64,000 nucleotides of DNA from Candidatus Woesebacteria bacterium (GCA_050115675.1 JASFQB010000001.1:96616-160615); one strand, 5' to 3'; counted from the stretch's first letter, positions 29,518 to 40,296 are shown. Numbers and translations are program-made. The notes: generated by a model not told the origin, from the letters alone.

Positions 29518-30213
29518 TTATAAAATGCAGTCCACTAAAATTTTAAAATCGGTCGTTTTTTCTACCTGAACAAAATTTAACTTGCAGTTTCGCGCAAAGG
29601 CGCTGTCAACTCTAATGTCGTCGCCAACATAGTAAAAGTCAGAAGAATGGCGAATAAATTTTTGCGGAACCCTTGACAGTCCAAATGCGTCTGGCTTGTC
29701 GTGCAGAATGCCTTTTTTGTCGCGTAAGCTATCCTCGCCAACAACAAAACAAAAAAAGTACGAAGTTTTGGTTTTATCAAGAACGGCTTTAATTACACTT
29801 TCGCGCGCACTAGATATTATTCCCAGCGTGCAGTTATTTTTTTGTAGCTTATGCAGCGCTAATTTTAGATTGTGTCCTAGCCGTGCCGACAGGTTGCTTG
29901 CAGGCATGCTGTCGATAATTGCCAGTGCATGGGCCTCTTTTTGTTGTACCAGCAACTCTGCTAGTTTATCACTATCTGGCTGATTGTAGTGAGCTTTAAG
30001 CCTTTCTGCCTTATTTTTATCGCTCAAAAGATGCTGCTTAACGCGATTTTCGCTGTCAAAACGCTCGTTAAGCCACAGCACTTCTGGCAAATGGGCATCT
30101 AAATTTGGCTCAAGATCGGCCTTTTGTAAAATTTGCTCCCAAGCTTTGCGATGAACATCGCTTAAATATATGATTGTTTTGTCAAAATCAAATGCCACAA
30201 ACCTCTTTTGCAT
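29518..30213 (-). CDS. HAD-family hydrolase
   Basis: FDFDKT, IISS, KPD, YVGDD..D. Confidence 0.85.
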   Translation of the reverse strand: MQKRFVAFDFDKTIIYLSDVHRKAWEQILQKADLEPNLDAHLPEVLWLNERFDSENRVKQHLLSDKNKAERLKAHYNQPDSDKLAELLVQQKEAHALAIIDSMPASNLSARLGHNLKLALHKLQKNNCTLGIISSARESVIKAVLDKTKTSYFFCFVVGEDSLRDKKGILHDKPDAFGLSRVPQKFIRHSSDFYYVGDDIRVDSAFARNCKLNFVQVEKTTDFKILVDCIL

Positions 30214-30571
30214 TTTTACCTCGTTTTCTTATTATTTTGTTGTTTTAAAAAAACAAGCCTGTTGCTTGCTTTTTTGAGTTTAGAAAAAAATTTTGTTACT
30301 GTAGCTAGTTGGGTAAAAATGCCTGCAAAATGCCAAAAAGGACACGCAACGTCATAAAAGCGAGGGAGGGGTGCCTCGTTTTGACGGGTGTCCTTTGGGC
30401 ATGCTAAAGTTACTGAGTCACACACAATTTGGTACTGACCAGTAAAACTACGCATAATAAATAATTGTATACACTGCTTGTATATAAATCAAGTAGATTC
30501 TAAAGTTATTATTGCCAACAGAGTGGCGGGGTCTGTATTTTTACTTAAATATGTTGTATAATATAATCGAT

Positions 30572-31018
30572 ATGACAAAGCAAATGTCCTCAATACTTGA
30601 CGGATATCCAGTTCCGCCAGAGTTTGACAAATACTGTTTAAAGCTTATTAGCACCAAAGAAATAGATTCGGTCAAAAAGCTTAAAGACTTTTGGCTTTAC
30701 GCTATTGAAGTTGGCAAAGAATATGGGCCAGAATACAGAGATGCCATAGCCGATTGGGCGATATATATTGCGCATTTTGCTACAAAGATACCAGGCATAA
30801 AAGCCGTAGGAGCGACTAAAAATGCAAACTTGTCTGTGGCATATCTGATGCTGCATTCGTATTGTCCTTTTACGCCTGGCGCAAGCACTTCTGATGAAGT
30901 GTGGACTCAAATAGAAGGAGTTGTTAAAGGCATAGAAACAAACAAAATGGCGCTGCATCAAAAGATATACTTTGACACAGCGCCGCAGCGCTTTTTAAAG
31001 CGGTATTTTAGGCGTTAG
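30572..31018 (+). CDS. Hypothetical protein
   Basis: ORF only; start uncertain. Confidence 0.5.
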   Translation: MTKQMSSILDGYPVPPEFDKYCLKLISTKEIDSVKKLKDFWLYAIEVGKEYGPEYRDAIADWAIYIAHFATKIPGIKAVGATKNANLSVAYLMLHSYCPFTPGASTSDEVWTQIEGVVKGIETNKMALHQKIYFDTAPQRFLKRYFRR

Positions 31019-31536
31019 TACAGCCTGTTTCGGGTTTTCTTAATAGCTCTAACTTCTTGTTCGCTAAGATATCTTAAGTCAACACCTTGCATGTATTTGG
31101 GGTCAACTGGCTCAAGCCAATGAGTTACGGTGCCGTCTTGCAATACGATATGTCCGTGATCGATATTATTTAGCGGATTGCTGCCTGCCCCGCCATAGTA
31201 AATATCCATGCGGCCTCTTTTGCTGGTAGAATTAAATACGCAGACGGCGCGGTAATCGCCCAGCCTGCCGTGCTCCATCCAAAATTCGGGATGGTTACGA
31301 TTGCCTCGGGCGCGTTCTGTCTGTACAATCTTGTGATACTCTGCGGTTTGCTCTGCTACATACCTATCAAGGTCGGCATCTGCGGCGGCATCCATGGCTA
31401 GCTTGCGCCTAAGGTCCTCGCGCTCGCGCCGAATTTCCCAAACCGATTTGCCCGTCAAAAACGACTCTACGCCCTCTTTGACTTGGTCAGTAATTTTGCC
31501 GACAATCCAAGACCCAGCCTCACCAAAAAAGCCCAT
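31015..31536 (-). CDS. Hypothetical protein
   Basis: AGGAGG SD; DIYYGG..DHGHIV motif. Confidence 0.6.
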   Translation of the reverse strand: MGFFGEAGSWIVGKITDQVKEGVESFLTGKSVWEIRREREDLRRKLAMDAAADADLDRYVAEQTAEYHKIVQTERARGNRNHPEFWMEHGRLGDYRAVCVFNSTSKRGRMDIYYGGAGSNPLNNIDHGHIVLQDGTVTHWLEPVDPKYMQGVDLRYLSEQEVRAIKKTRNRLY

Positions 31537-31660
31537 TTTGGGCCTCCTAACAAAGTAGAGTAGCCCAGGAATCTCCTGTGCTTAAAGTATTTTATATTAA
31601 GCAGGGTAACTTGTCAAATTAACTATTTAAGGTTGGTGCTAACGGCTAAAAAATGGTATA

Positions 31661-32479
31661 ATGACCTTAATGAAAATATTAAATGGTGCAGAGTTAGCTG
31701 GTTTTATTAAAGAGCGCCAAGTGCAGCAGGTGCGAGGTTTGCGCCAGGCTTTAGGTGTTAAACCCAGGCTGGCTATTGTGCGCACTAATCCTGCACCAGT
31801 TGTAGACGCTTATATGCGCTTAAAACAGGGCTATGGCGAGGATATTTTGGTAGATGTTGATGTACATACAATTGACCAGTCGCAAGCTATTTTGCTTATA
31901 AAGCAGTTAAACGCTGACGAGTCAGTTCATGGCATAATTGTGCAGCTGCCAGTGCCCGATATCTCTCAAACAGATGAGATTTTAAATACGGTTGACCCCA
32001 AAAAAGATGTAGACGGACTAGGTCAAAACGCTATTTATGATGCTCCTACCCCGATGTCGGTCAACTGGCTACTTGCGGGATATAACATTGAGTTGCGAGG
32101 CAAGCAGATAGTTGTTGTGGGGCAGGGCAGACTTGTTGGCCGGCCTTTGGCAAGAATGTGGCAAAATTCTGGATTAAATGTTAGTGCTGTAGACAAAAAT
32201 ACTGATAATATTTCTGAAGTTATTTTGCAGGCAGACGTTATTGTGTCGGCCACTGGCGTACCAGGGTTAATTACAAGCAGTATGGTAAAAAACGGTGCAA
32301 TTGTGGTTGATGCTGGTGTTGCAACAGATAAAAACGGTCTTGTGGGCGACGTCGCTGCTGATGTGCGCGAACGCGACGATGTTACAATTACCCCCGAAAA
32401 AGGCGGAGTTGGTCCGTTAACGGTTTGTGCTTTGTTTGATAACGTTATTAGGGCTGCCCGAAAAAGCGCAGAGTCGTAA
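31661..32479 (+). CDS. folD: Methylenetetrahydrofolate dehydrogenase/cyclohydrolase
   Basis: YMRLK, HGIIVQLP, KDVDGL, GRLVGRP, TPEKGGVGPLTV. Confidence 0.93.
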   Translation: MTLMKILNGAELAGFIKERQVQQVRGLRQALGVKPRLAIVRTNPAPVVDAYMRLKQGYGEDILVDVDVHTIDQSQAILLIKQLNADESVHGIIVQLPVPDISQTDEILNTVDPKKDVDGLGQNAIYDAPTPMSVNWLLAGYNIELRGKQIVVVGQGRLVGRPLARMWQNSGLNVSAVDKNTDNISEVILQADVIVSATGVPGLITSSMVKNGAIVVDAGVATDKNGLVGDVAADVRERDDVTITPEKGGVGPLTVCALFDNVIRAARKSAES

Positions 32480-32484
32480 AATAA

Positions 32485-32862
32485 TTATTTTTTAGATTTA
32501 GAAATTGCTTCTTTTATCTTTTTGACCACTTGGCTAGGTGTTAGGTCTGCTTTGACTATGTAAGATTGTACGTGTAGGCCGTCTAAAGATGATGGGGCTT
32601 CTTCTTCGCCTAGATTTGTTAAAACTAACACGGGAATGTCGCGACCCCAGGGTTGTTTACGAATAAGCGCAAGGGCTTCGGCGCCAGACATTTTGGGCAT
32701 TCTAAGGTCAAGTAAAATTACATCTGGTAGTATTTTTTCTACCAGGGCAACGCCTAGCTCGCCGTTTTCGGCAATTTGTACCTCAAAACCTTCGGCTTCG
32801 AACTTCATGCGATACATTTGCGAAATGACTGGGTCGTCTTCGATAATTGCAATGCGAGTCAT
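32485..32862 (-). CDS. Single-domain response regulator
   Basis: IIEDD, LLDLRMPKMSG, LTN, YIVK. Confidence 0.9.
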   Translation of the reverse strand: MTRIAIIEDDPVISQMYRMKFEAEGFEVQIAENGELGVALVEKILPDVILLDLRMPKMSGAEALALIRKQPWGRDIPVLVLTNLGEEEAPSSLDGLHVQSYIVKADLTPSQVVKKIKEAISKSKK

Positions 32863-32930
32863 ACTATTACCATAACATATCCAAACTGACACCCACAAAA
32901 ACGTAGGTGCCAGTTTTGTTGAGTGCTATG

Positions 32931-33194
32931 TTAAAAATCTGGCAGGTTGTCTAGGTTATCTGTGCCTGTTTCGTCTGGCTCGCTGCGTAAATACATGCCG
33001 TCTTTTACGCCTGGATCATGAACTACTATTACCTCAATATCGTCGCCGGTTCCGCTGGTTGTTGTGTATGTTTGTGCGCCACTTTCAATATCTTGAATGG
33101 CTTCCATCTTTGTAGCCATGCCCCAGCTGCCTTTGATGGCGGTAATGTCGCCATCATTATCTTTTCTAGTGTGAGTGATAAGTCTTGTGCTCAT
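32931..33194 (-). CDS. DUF3892-like small protein
   Basis: ITHTRKD..AIQDIESG..YLRSEPDETGTDNLDNLP. Confidence 0.7.
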   Translation of the reverse strand: MSTRLITHTRKDNDGDITAIKGSWGMATKMEAIQDIESGAQTYTTTSGTGDDIEVIVVHDPGVKDGMYLRSEPDETGTDNLDNLPDF

Positions 33195-33329
33195 ATCTTC
33201 CTTGCTAAGTTAGTTAATCCTATAAATATAGTATCAAGCTTGTAGATGATCTATCAAATGAGCGTTACTGCCTATTTACTTTTTGTATTGATAGTGTTAT
33301 ATTTTTGACATAAGGTCAATTTTACCATC

Positions 33330-34838
33330 ATGACACCTATATCACCTTGGCCTAAATTTTACGAAGACCCGAATCGTTTGATTCAGGACTTGAACAAAGT
33401 GCCTGAACAAACTTGGCGCGAGCGAGCAGAGCAATCTGCCCTCGCGCTTTTTTGTTCTGCGTCCAGTAGAGTTCCGGCCTATAAAAAATTTTTAAAAACC
33501 AATGGCGTTGACCCTAAAAAAGTCAAAACAATAGCAGATTTTGCCAAGCTGCCGCACATTACTAAAGAAAACTATTTGCGCCAGTATCCATTGGCCGAAT
33601 TGGCATGGGATGGCAAGATCGGCAGCGCAAGTATGGTAAATCGCAGTTCTGGCTCTAGTGGTCAGCCGTTTTATTGGCCAAGCGATCAAAGTCAGCGCAA
33701 CGAAGTTGGCGCGGCTTATGACATTGTTTTTAGCCAAATGTTTGGCATGCGTCAGTTAAAAACCTTGGTTATTATTGCTTATGGCATGGGAAGTTGGGTT
33801 GCTGGCACGACCACGCTTTTGTCATCTATAGAATATATGAACAAATATGACTGCATGTTTATCACTCCTGGTTACAATAAAAACGAGGTGATAGAAATTT
33901 GCAAAAACCTTGGTCCAAATTTTGATCAGGTGGTTATTTGCGCATACCCACCTTTAATAAAAGAAATAATTGATGCAGGTGAGGACGTGGGCATTGACTG
34001 GCCAAAGTTAAGTCCAAAGTTTATCTTTGGCGCAGAGGCTTTTGGCGAGGAATTTAGAGATTATATTTTAGAGCAAGTGGGGTCGAATAATCCGTTTTTG
34101 GACACTATGAATACAATTGGCTCGGCCGATGCCATGATTATTGGTCACGAAACTCCAATTTCTATTGCTTTGCGCAGAATGATTCATGCTAGTCCAAAGT
34201 TTCATGACCAGGTCTTGGGTAGCGGGCGCATGCCAACTTTGGCTCAGTACTATCCTTGGCAAAAATATTTACAGGTTGAGGATAGCGAGCTTTTAATAAC
34301 CAGCAATGGCGCAATACCTTTGATAAGATACAATATTCATGATAATGCAAAAGTGTTTACCTATGGTGAGCTGGACGAAATCGCCAAAACATATGGTCAC
34401 GAAGGAATTGTCGAGGCTTTGCCTGCAAATTTGCGCTATAGATACAATTGGCAGCTGCCTTTTGTGTTGCTTTACGGAAAAAGCACAAACGCACTGAAGT
34501 TTTATGGGGCCATTGTATATCCCGAAAACGTAAAAGCTGCACTAGAAAAACCGGCTTGGGCGCATTACTTTACGGGTAAGTTTAAGATGGAAAAATACTA
34601 TGACGCTAGGCAAAGTCAGCGTTTACGCTTGCATTTAGAACTGTCTCCTGGGGCTGTGACAGATGAGGTTGATATAAAATCATTGCAAAAAAACATTGTA
34701 GAAACGCTGTGCGAGATGAACAGCGAGTATAGGTCATCTTATCGCGACACGGGGAGTAAGGCGATTCCGGCAGTTAAGCTAATCAATTATGGTCAATTCG
34801 AGCTTAACAACAACAATAATAAGCATAGGTATGTGTAA
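33330..34838 (+). CDS. Phenylacetate-CoA ligase (PaaK)-like adenylate-forming enzyme
   Basis: RVPAYKKFL, SSGSSGQP P-loop, GAEAF, GSAD, PLIRYNIHD, YPENV. Confidence 0.8.
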   Translation: MTPISPWPKFYEDPNRLIQDLNKVPEQTWRERAEQSALALFCSASSRVPAYKKFLKTNGVDPKKVKTIADFAKLPHITKENYLRQYPLAELAWDGKIGSASMVNRSSGSSGQPFYWPSDQSQRNEVGAAYDIVFSQMFGMRQLKTLVIIAYGMGSWVAGTTTLLSSIEYMNKYDCMFITPGYNKNEVIEICKNLGPNFDQVVICAYPPLIKEIIDAGEDVGIDWPKLSPKFIFGAEAFGEEFRDYILEQVGSNNPFLDTMNTIGSADAMIIGHETPISIALRRMIHASPKFHDQVLGSGRMPTLAQYYPWQKYLQVEDSELLITSNGAIPLIRYNIHDNAKVFTYGELDEIAKTYGHEGIVEALPANLRYRYNWQLPFVLLYGKSTNALKFYGAIVYPENVKAALEKPAWAHYFTGKFKMEKYYDARQSQRLRLHLELSPGAVTDEVDIKSLQKNIVETLCEMNSEYRSSYRDTGSKAIPAVKLINYGQFELNNNNNKHRYV

Positions 34839-35995
34839 TGTTAAAAACTTCTTTAGTGCCATTTTGGCAGTCACCTAAAATATTGTCTGTAAAAACAGAA
34901 GATGATTTTGCCGAGGTACAAAAACTTTACGATAGTGGTCAAGTGAGGCAGTTTTTTGACTCGGCAGAGCTTGCTATAAACGAACTTTACGACATTTCTT
35001 ACCCAGAGCAAAAAGATCTTCCAAAAAGCCAAAAAACAAATTACGACAATTTTGCAAAAAAATATTTATGGCCAAAAGGTGACTTTGTATTTTATCAGCA
35101 CAATGGATTGCTGGTAAGATTTTTAGGTTGTGAAGAACTTAGGGCGCTGCGCACTTCGCGTAATCGTAATTTAATTACAAGGCAAGAGCAAGATAAGCTT
35201 TACAGATCAAAAATTTTTGTTGCAGGTATGAGTGTGGGTAGTAATATTGTAGAATCGCTAGTAACGAGCGGTGTTGGTGGGTGTCTGGCTCTGGCGGATA
35301 TGGATATAATAGAACCTAGCAATTTAAATAGAATCCGTGTGCCATATTGGCACGTTGGAATGCATAAATGCGACTCTGTCGCAATTAGAATGAACGAAAT
35401 TGATCCGTACTTGCATTTTGATTTGCATAAAAAGGGCATAGACATGCAAAATATCAGGCAAATCATAGAAGAATCCAAGCCAGACATAATTGTTGACGAA
35501 GTAGACCAAATCCAAGTTAAAATTGCTTTGCGTCGTTTAGCAAAACAAAAAAGGATTGCTGTTGTTTCTGCGGCAGATGACGGTGACGATGCGTTGCTTG
35601 ATATCGAGCGTTACGACACCGATGCTGATTTGCCAATTTTTAATGGCTTGGTTCCAGAAGATGTTGTAAGAGGGCTCGAGGATGCAAACGACATGCCGCG
35701 GCAACAACTTGGTTTGTTGATTGGTAAATATTTTGTTGGCTCAAAAAACATACCATTGCGCATGTTTGAGTCGTTGGGTGAGGTTGGCAAAACGTTACCA
35801 AGTTGGCCGCAGCTGGGGAGTGCCGCAACTCAATCTGGCCTAGCGGTCGCATACGCGTGCAGAAAGATTTTATTAAATCAGCCAATTAAAGCAGGCAGAT
35901 CTGTAATAGGTTGCGACGCGGCTCTTTTCAGTGATAAAAGCGATTCAAAAAAACTAAAGATCTACCAAGATCAGTTGGATAAGTTTAAATTCTAG
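34838..35995 (+). CDS. ThiF/E1-like adenylyltransferase (Rv1355c-like)
   Basis: RTSRNRNLITRQEQ, AGMSVG, ADMDIIEPSNLNR, DIERYD, LPSWPQLG. Confidence 0.85.
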   Translation: MLKTSLVPFWQSPKILSVKTEDDFAEVQKLYDSGQVRQFFDSAELAINELYDISYPEQKDLPKSQKTNYDNFAKKYLWPKGDFVFYQHNGLLVRFLGCEELRALRTSRNRNLITRQEQDKLYRSKIFVAGMSVGSNIVESLVTSGVGGCLALADMDIIEPSNLNRIRVPYWHVGMHKCDSVAIRMNEIDPYLHFDLHKKGIDMQNIRQIIEESKPDIIVDEVDQIQVKIALRRLAKQKRIAVVSAADDGDDALLDIERYDTDADLPIFNGLVPEDVVRGLEDANDMPRQQLGLLIGKYFVGSKNIPLRMFESLGEVGKTLPSWPQLGSAATQSGLAVAYACRKILLNQPIKAGRSVIGCDAALFSDKSDSKKLKIYQDQLDKFKF

Positions 35996-36060
35996 AACCC
36001 TCACTGTTTTCAGTGAGGGTAAGTGCTTAGCTTCTTGAGTCAAATTTTTTATCAGTTAAG

Positions 36061-37047
36061 CTATTTGGCAATTGTCAAAACATTGCTTGACAATAATCTG
36101 GGAGCGCGTGGCATCTGTTTTTTTGCCTTCCCAATGCGCACAAGAGCCACGGGTAATTCTGAAGTGCCAAATGCATTTTGTAGAATTTCTCTGCTGGGGG
36201 GATATTCTATTGATGCGCCCAGCACGGTTGCGTCTAGTTGATTGTGTGAAACATGCAAAAGTAGATTTTGCAAGGTTCTTCCCGCTTGTATCCAATGCAA
36301 AATGTCGTCTTCGTCTGTGCAAATTAGCGCCAATATTGGCGCATTAGATAGGTTTTTTTGATCTTTTTTTGCTTGAGAAATTTGAATTGGGAGGTTTTTT
36401 ATTAGTGTTTTTGCAACAATCGAAACGGGTCCAGGTATGCCCTGAATTGCTGCGGGCATACCAGTATACTGACTTGTCCAATTTGGGTGAACCCACATAG
36501 AGAGTTCGTGTCTAAACTGTTTTGTCATTAAGCTCTTAACTGCTAAGTTTGCTGCTTGGCCAACTTTTTGTTTAGATTTTTGTCGGTTATAAGATGAATT
36601 GAGGCGCCATCGATCTCTAGCTGTTTTGCGGGTAGTAGTTTGTTTATGGCGATGGATCTTTTGTGATAATTGCTGTGATTGCACTGTCTTGATGTAAGCT
36701 GACAGAGTTGCTTTTTATTGGGCCATTTTACAGATATCTTTGCAATTGGTTGTTTTTTGGTTTGTAGCTTTATTCTATATTCAATTTTGTAAGCGTCTGC
36801 CGCTAATGCAATGTTTTGAATTGCCGCACCAATGCTTAGATAGGCCTGGCGCATTACCTTGTCTGACACGGGCAATGTTCGACTGGACTCTAAAGACACG
36901 TAAATTGTTGAGAATTTTTTATCTATTTTAAACTTCCAGGGCTGTGCATTGTGTGCAGATGGAGCAATTAGTGCGTAGCCGATCTTTGTTGTTTATTTTT
37001 GACAAATCTTCAGGGGTGATCTGCCATGCTTTATGATTAGGTTTCAC
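36061..37047 (-). pseudogene. Acg-type nitroreductase with two frameshifts
   Basis: APSAHNAQPW; DKVMRQAYLSIGAAIQN; WIQAGRTLQNLLL..VRIG..RAPR spread over three frames (breaks near 36985 and in an A5 run near 36580). Confidence 0.75.
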
Positions 37048-37084
37048 TTTAGTCTAATCCTTACTATAATAAAAGTATTCAATT

Positions 37085-39229
37085 ATGCTTTTGCTTTTTG
37101 TAACAATTCTGGCATTGTCCGCTCAAATACTCTTGGCTTTGGTTGTGCTACTTAAAGACAGCTCTAGCCTGCGCAATAGGGCGTTTGGATTGCTGTCGAT
37201 GGCGCTACTTATTTGGGCCGCCTTAAATTATTACGATGCAATCCCTGGCATGCCGCATGATATCTATGTTATCCGTTCTATCATGTTTTTTGCTGTACTG
37301 CAAAACATTTTCTTTGTTTTATTTAGCTTCTCTTTAAAAAATAAGCCACTAAAGTTTGGGCTGCGGTTTTGGGCTTATGGATTAATTAGCATAATTGCGG
37401 GAACCATGTGCTATACGCCGTTTATGTTTTCGGAGGTGGGTGTGGGTGGCTACCCTGTTGCGCAGCCTGGGATGCTAGCGTTTTTGATTCATGCAATTGT
37501 GTCAGTTGCTGCTGGCTTTAAGAGTGTTGTTGGCGAATACAAAAAGTCTGTAGGGGTGTACCGCAGGCAATTGTTGTATATCCTACTAGCTTCTGTGGTT
37601 TTGTGGGGAATTGTGCCGCTAACTAATTTTGTTTTGTCTATGACCTTAAGAACTGCTGTATTTTCTGCTGTTAGTCCGTTGTATTCGTTTGTTTTTTCTA
37701 CTTTAATCGCTTATGCAATTATTAGGCATCGTTTATTTGATATTAGACTGGCGATTGCCAGGGCTTTAACGTATCTTTTGCTGTTTGCAACTTTGGTTTT
37801 GGGCTACGCACTAATGGTGTTTGGGATAATTCAGCTGTTTTTTGCAGACCAATCTGGCATAACTCCAGAGCAAAACGCCATTTATATTGCTGCTGCTTTG
37901 TTTTTGGCAGTAACATACGAGCCTTTAAAGCGCTTTTTTAGGCGCTGGACAAACAAGGTTTTCTTTCAGGATGCTTACGACACCAAGTACGTAATAGATC
38001 AAGTGACTTCTGTTTTGGTGCGTGCATCTGGCCTAAGCGATATTTCTAGGCAGTCGCTTGAAGTACTTACTGCGTATTTAAAGGTAGAGTGTGCTGCTGT
38101 AATTATTCCTGATGGAGATGAATTTCCGCAAGGGCGAATCGTAATAGTCGGTCATAAAAAAGTTGATTACAACGATATACTGCAAAAACTGCCGAAAAGG
38201 CTAGCTAGCGTAACGTTAATAGACGATTTTAGCAATCCCGAAAGTCAAACCTACAAACTAATGCGCCTTTATAATATTGCAGCGTGCGTGCGCTTAGAAA
38301 GCTCTAAAGAGCAAATTGGCTACATGATGCTCGGGTTTAAGCAAAACGGTCATGCGTACACCAACCAAGATGTAGAGCTGATTAGAATTGTGGCGGACGA
38401 GTTGGCTGTGGCGGTTCAAAATACGCTGCGTTTTGAAAAGATTGCGGCCTTTAATCAAACTCTTCAACAAGAAATAGAAGATTCTACAAAACAGCTGCGC
38501 GCCAACAACAAAAAACTGCAAGAGCTAGACGAAGCAAAAGATGAGTTTATCAGCATGGCCTCACATCAATTGCGTACGCCGCTTACGAGTGTTAAAGGCT
38601 ACCTGTCAATGGCGTTAGAGGGCGATGCTGGTGAATTAAAGCCAGGTCAAAAAAAGCTGATAGAAGAAGCCTACAGCAGTGCTCAGCGTATGGTTTACAT
38701 GATTTCTGACTTTTTAAACATTTCGCGCATTAAAACAGGTAAGTTTGTTTTAGAACGCGAAACTGTGCGCTTACCTCAACTTATAAAAGAAGAGCTGCCA
38801 CAGATAGAGTCTACGGCAAAGTCGCGTGGCATAACAGTAAACGTGTTTTTGCCAGAGCACTTTCCGGCTTTGCGTCTTGACGAGAACAAGATTCGCCAAG
38901 TGATAATGAATTTTATGGATAACGCTACGTTTTATTCAAATAGTGGCGGCAACATAGACATCGAGCTTACTCAAGATGGTAAAGACGTGATGTTTACAGT
39001 AAAAGACGATGGTATTGGTGTGCCAGACAAAGAACAAGCAAAAATATTTACCAAGTTCTTTAGAGCTTCAAATGCGCGTCATATGCGCCCTGACGGCACG
39101 GGTCTTGGGCTGTTTATGGCCAAAAAAGTCATAACCGCGCACGATGGCGAACTAGTATTTAAAACAGCAGAAAACAAAGGCAGTACGTTTGGGTTTAGGC
39201 TGCCAATTGGGCCAAATAAGGCAAGGTAA
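37085..39229 (+). CDS. Sensor histidine kinase (N-terminal 7TM-type region, GAF-like, HisKA, HATPase)
   Basis: YAIIRHRLFDI, ASHQLRTPLT, NFMDNA, DDGIGV, GTGLGL. Confidence 0.9.
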   Translation: MLLLFVTILALSAQILLALVVLLKDSSSLRNRAFGLLSMALLIWAALNYYDAIPGMPHDIYVIRSIMFFAVLQNIFFVLFSFSLKNKPLKFGLRFWAYGLISIIAGTMCYTPFMFSEVGVGGYPVAQPGMLAFLIHAIVSVAAGFKSVVGEYKKSVGVYRRQLLYILLASVVLWGIVPLTNFVLSMTLRTAVFSAVSPLYSFVFSTLIAYAIIRHRLFDIRLAIARALTYLLLFATLVLGYALMVFGIIQLFFADQSGITPEQNAIYIAAALFLAVTYEPLKRFFRRWTNKVFFQDAYDTKYVIDQVTSVLVRASGLSDISRQSLEVLTAYLKVECAAVIIPDGDEFPQGRIVIVGHKKVDYNDILQKLPKRLASVTLIDDFSNPESQTYKLMRLYNIAACVRLESSKEQIGYMMLGFKQNGHAYTNQDVELIRIVADELAVAVQNTLRFEKIAAFNQTLQQEIEDSTKQLRANNKKLQELDEAKDEFISMASHQLRTPLTSVKGYLSMALEGDAGELKPGQKKLIEEAYSSAQRMVYMISDFLNISRIKTGKFVLERETVRLPQLIKEELPQIESTAKSRGITVNVFLPEHFPALRLDENKIRQVIMNFMDNATFYSNSGGNIDIELTQDGKDVMFTVKDDGIGVPDKEQAKIFTKFFRASNARHMRPDGTGLGLFMAKKVITAHDGELVFKTAENKGSTFGFRLPIGPNKAR

Positions 39230-39235
39230 AGAGTT

Positions 39236-39454
39236 TTAAAATAGCCTGACAAGTTCGTAAATCAGCCAAGAAAATATTAACACTCCGCCAACAATGTAGG
39301 ATATGACTTTGACTTGGCGCTTGTGCTCAAGCCACCACTCGCCAAAACGGCTGCGCTGTACGGCCTGGTAATGGTGCACGACGGGCGCACGTGATTTGGC
39401 GTCCTTGCCCCTGTAGGCCTTATTGCGCTTTTTAGAAATCTTTTTAGAACTCAT
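39236..39454 (-). CDS. Small basic membrane protein
   Basis: KKRNKAYRGKDA..C-terminal TM helix. Confidence 0.6.
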   Translation of the reverse strand: MSSKKISKKRNKAYRGKDAKSRAPVVHHYQAVQRSRFGEWWLEHKRQVKVISYIVGGVLIFSWLIYELVRLF

Positions 39455-39478
39455 AATGGTTGAATTATAGCAAAAAAT

Positions 39479-39521
39479 AAACCGCCCTGCGCAAAAGATA
39501 AACTTTGTGCAGGGCGGTTTT
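39479..39521. terminator. Intrinsic terminator
   Basis: AAACCGCCCTGCGCAAA / TTTGTGCAGGGCGGTTT. Confidence 0.6.
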
Positions 39522-39525
39522 GTTT

Positions 39526-40296
39526 TTATCGCATCTTGTCCCTAAACTTGGCAATCTCGTTTGGTGACAGTTTTGAAAGCCTTTGCCAGACTTCTTCTGG
39601 GCAGTCTTTCCATAGCTCCCTTTGCTTATCAAGATACTCGTCATGTCCACATGTGGGTGGCCAAAACTTAATGTCGAGCCATTCGGTCAAACTTTCGCTT
39701 GATGGAGCTGGAGCAATGTAGCAGTGCACCTTGTCTAAAAGTGCTATTATGGCATAGGCTACGTTGATTGGCGCTTTGTGTCTAATTCGTAGATCTTCTG
39801 TCAGAGTAGCGCTTAGCCGCATTTCTGCTGCGCATGAGTTTGCAAGCCTAAACTCCATTCCTGACCCAATTGACCTACCAGGCGTAGGCATAAAGTGAGG
39901 TAAGTCTCGCCAGTATTCTCCTCTAAAAAGCCGTGGAGCGTAGTCGTCATAGATATAGTCGGGTTCATCCGTGCCGTAGTGGCTTTTGATGTATGTACGT
40001 CGTGGTAGAAGGCTTGACGACAGCTTGGCGCTTAAGCCAAGCTCCCAATTTGACATTACATGACCCGCTGTATAGTGTTTACCCTCGTTCAAAATGGCAT
40101 ACACAACTCCACAGGCTTGCGGCACTTCAAAAATCAACATGGTACTGCGATATGTGAATGTGCATGGTTCGTACACTCTGCCCAGGTGTGTAAAACGCAG
40201 TCCGGTGCGCGAAGTAATTTGATTAACTACGTCTTGGATGTAAGCTGGCGTTGCCAGGTGTTTCATCCAGCGGTTTGGATTGCTTTGGCGTGCCAT
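39526..40296 (-). CDS. Hypothetical protein
   Basis: GGAGAGG SD, long ORF. Confidence 0.6.
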   Translation of the reverse strand: MARQSNPNRWMKHLATPAYIQDVVNQITSRTGLRFTHLGRVYEPCTFTYRSTMLIFEVPQACGVVYAILNEGKHYTAGHVMSNWELGLSAKLSSSLLPRRTYIKSHYGTDEPDYIYDDYAPRLFRGEYWRDLPHFMPTPGRSIGSGMEFRLANSCAAEMRLSATLTEDLRIRHKAPINVAYAIIALLDKVHCYIAPAPSSESLTEWLDIKFWPPTCGHDEYLDKQRELWKDCPEEVWQRLSKLSPNEIAKFRDKMR

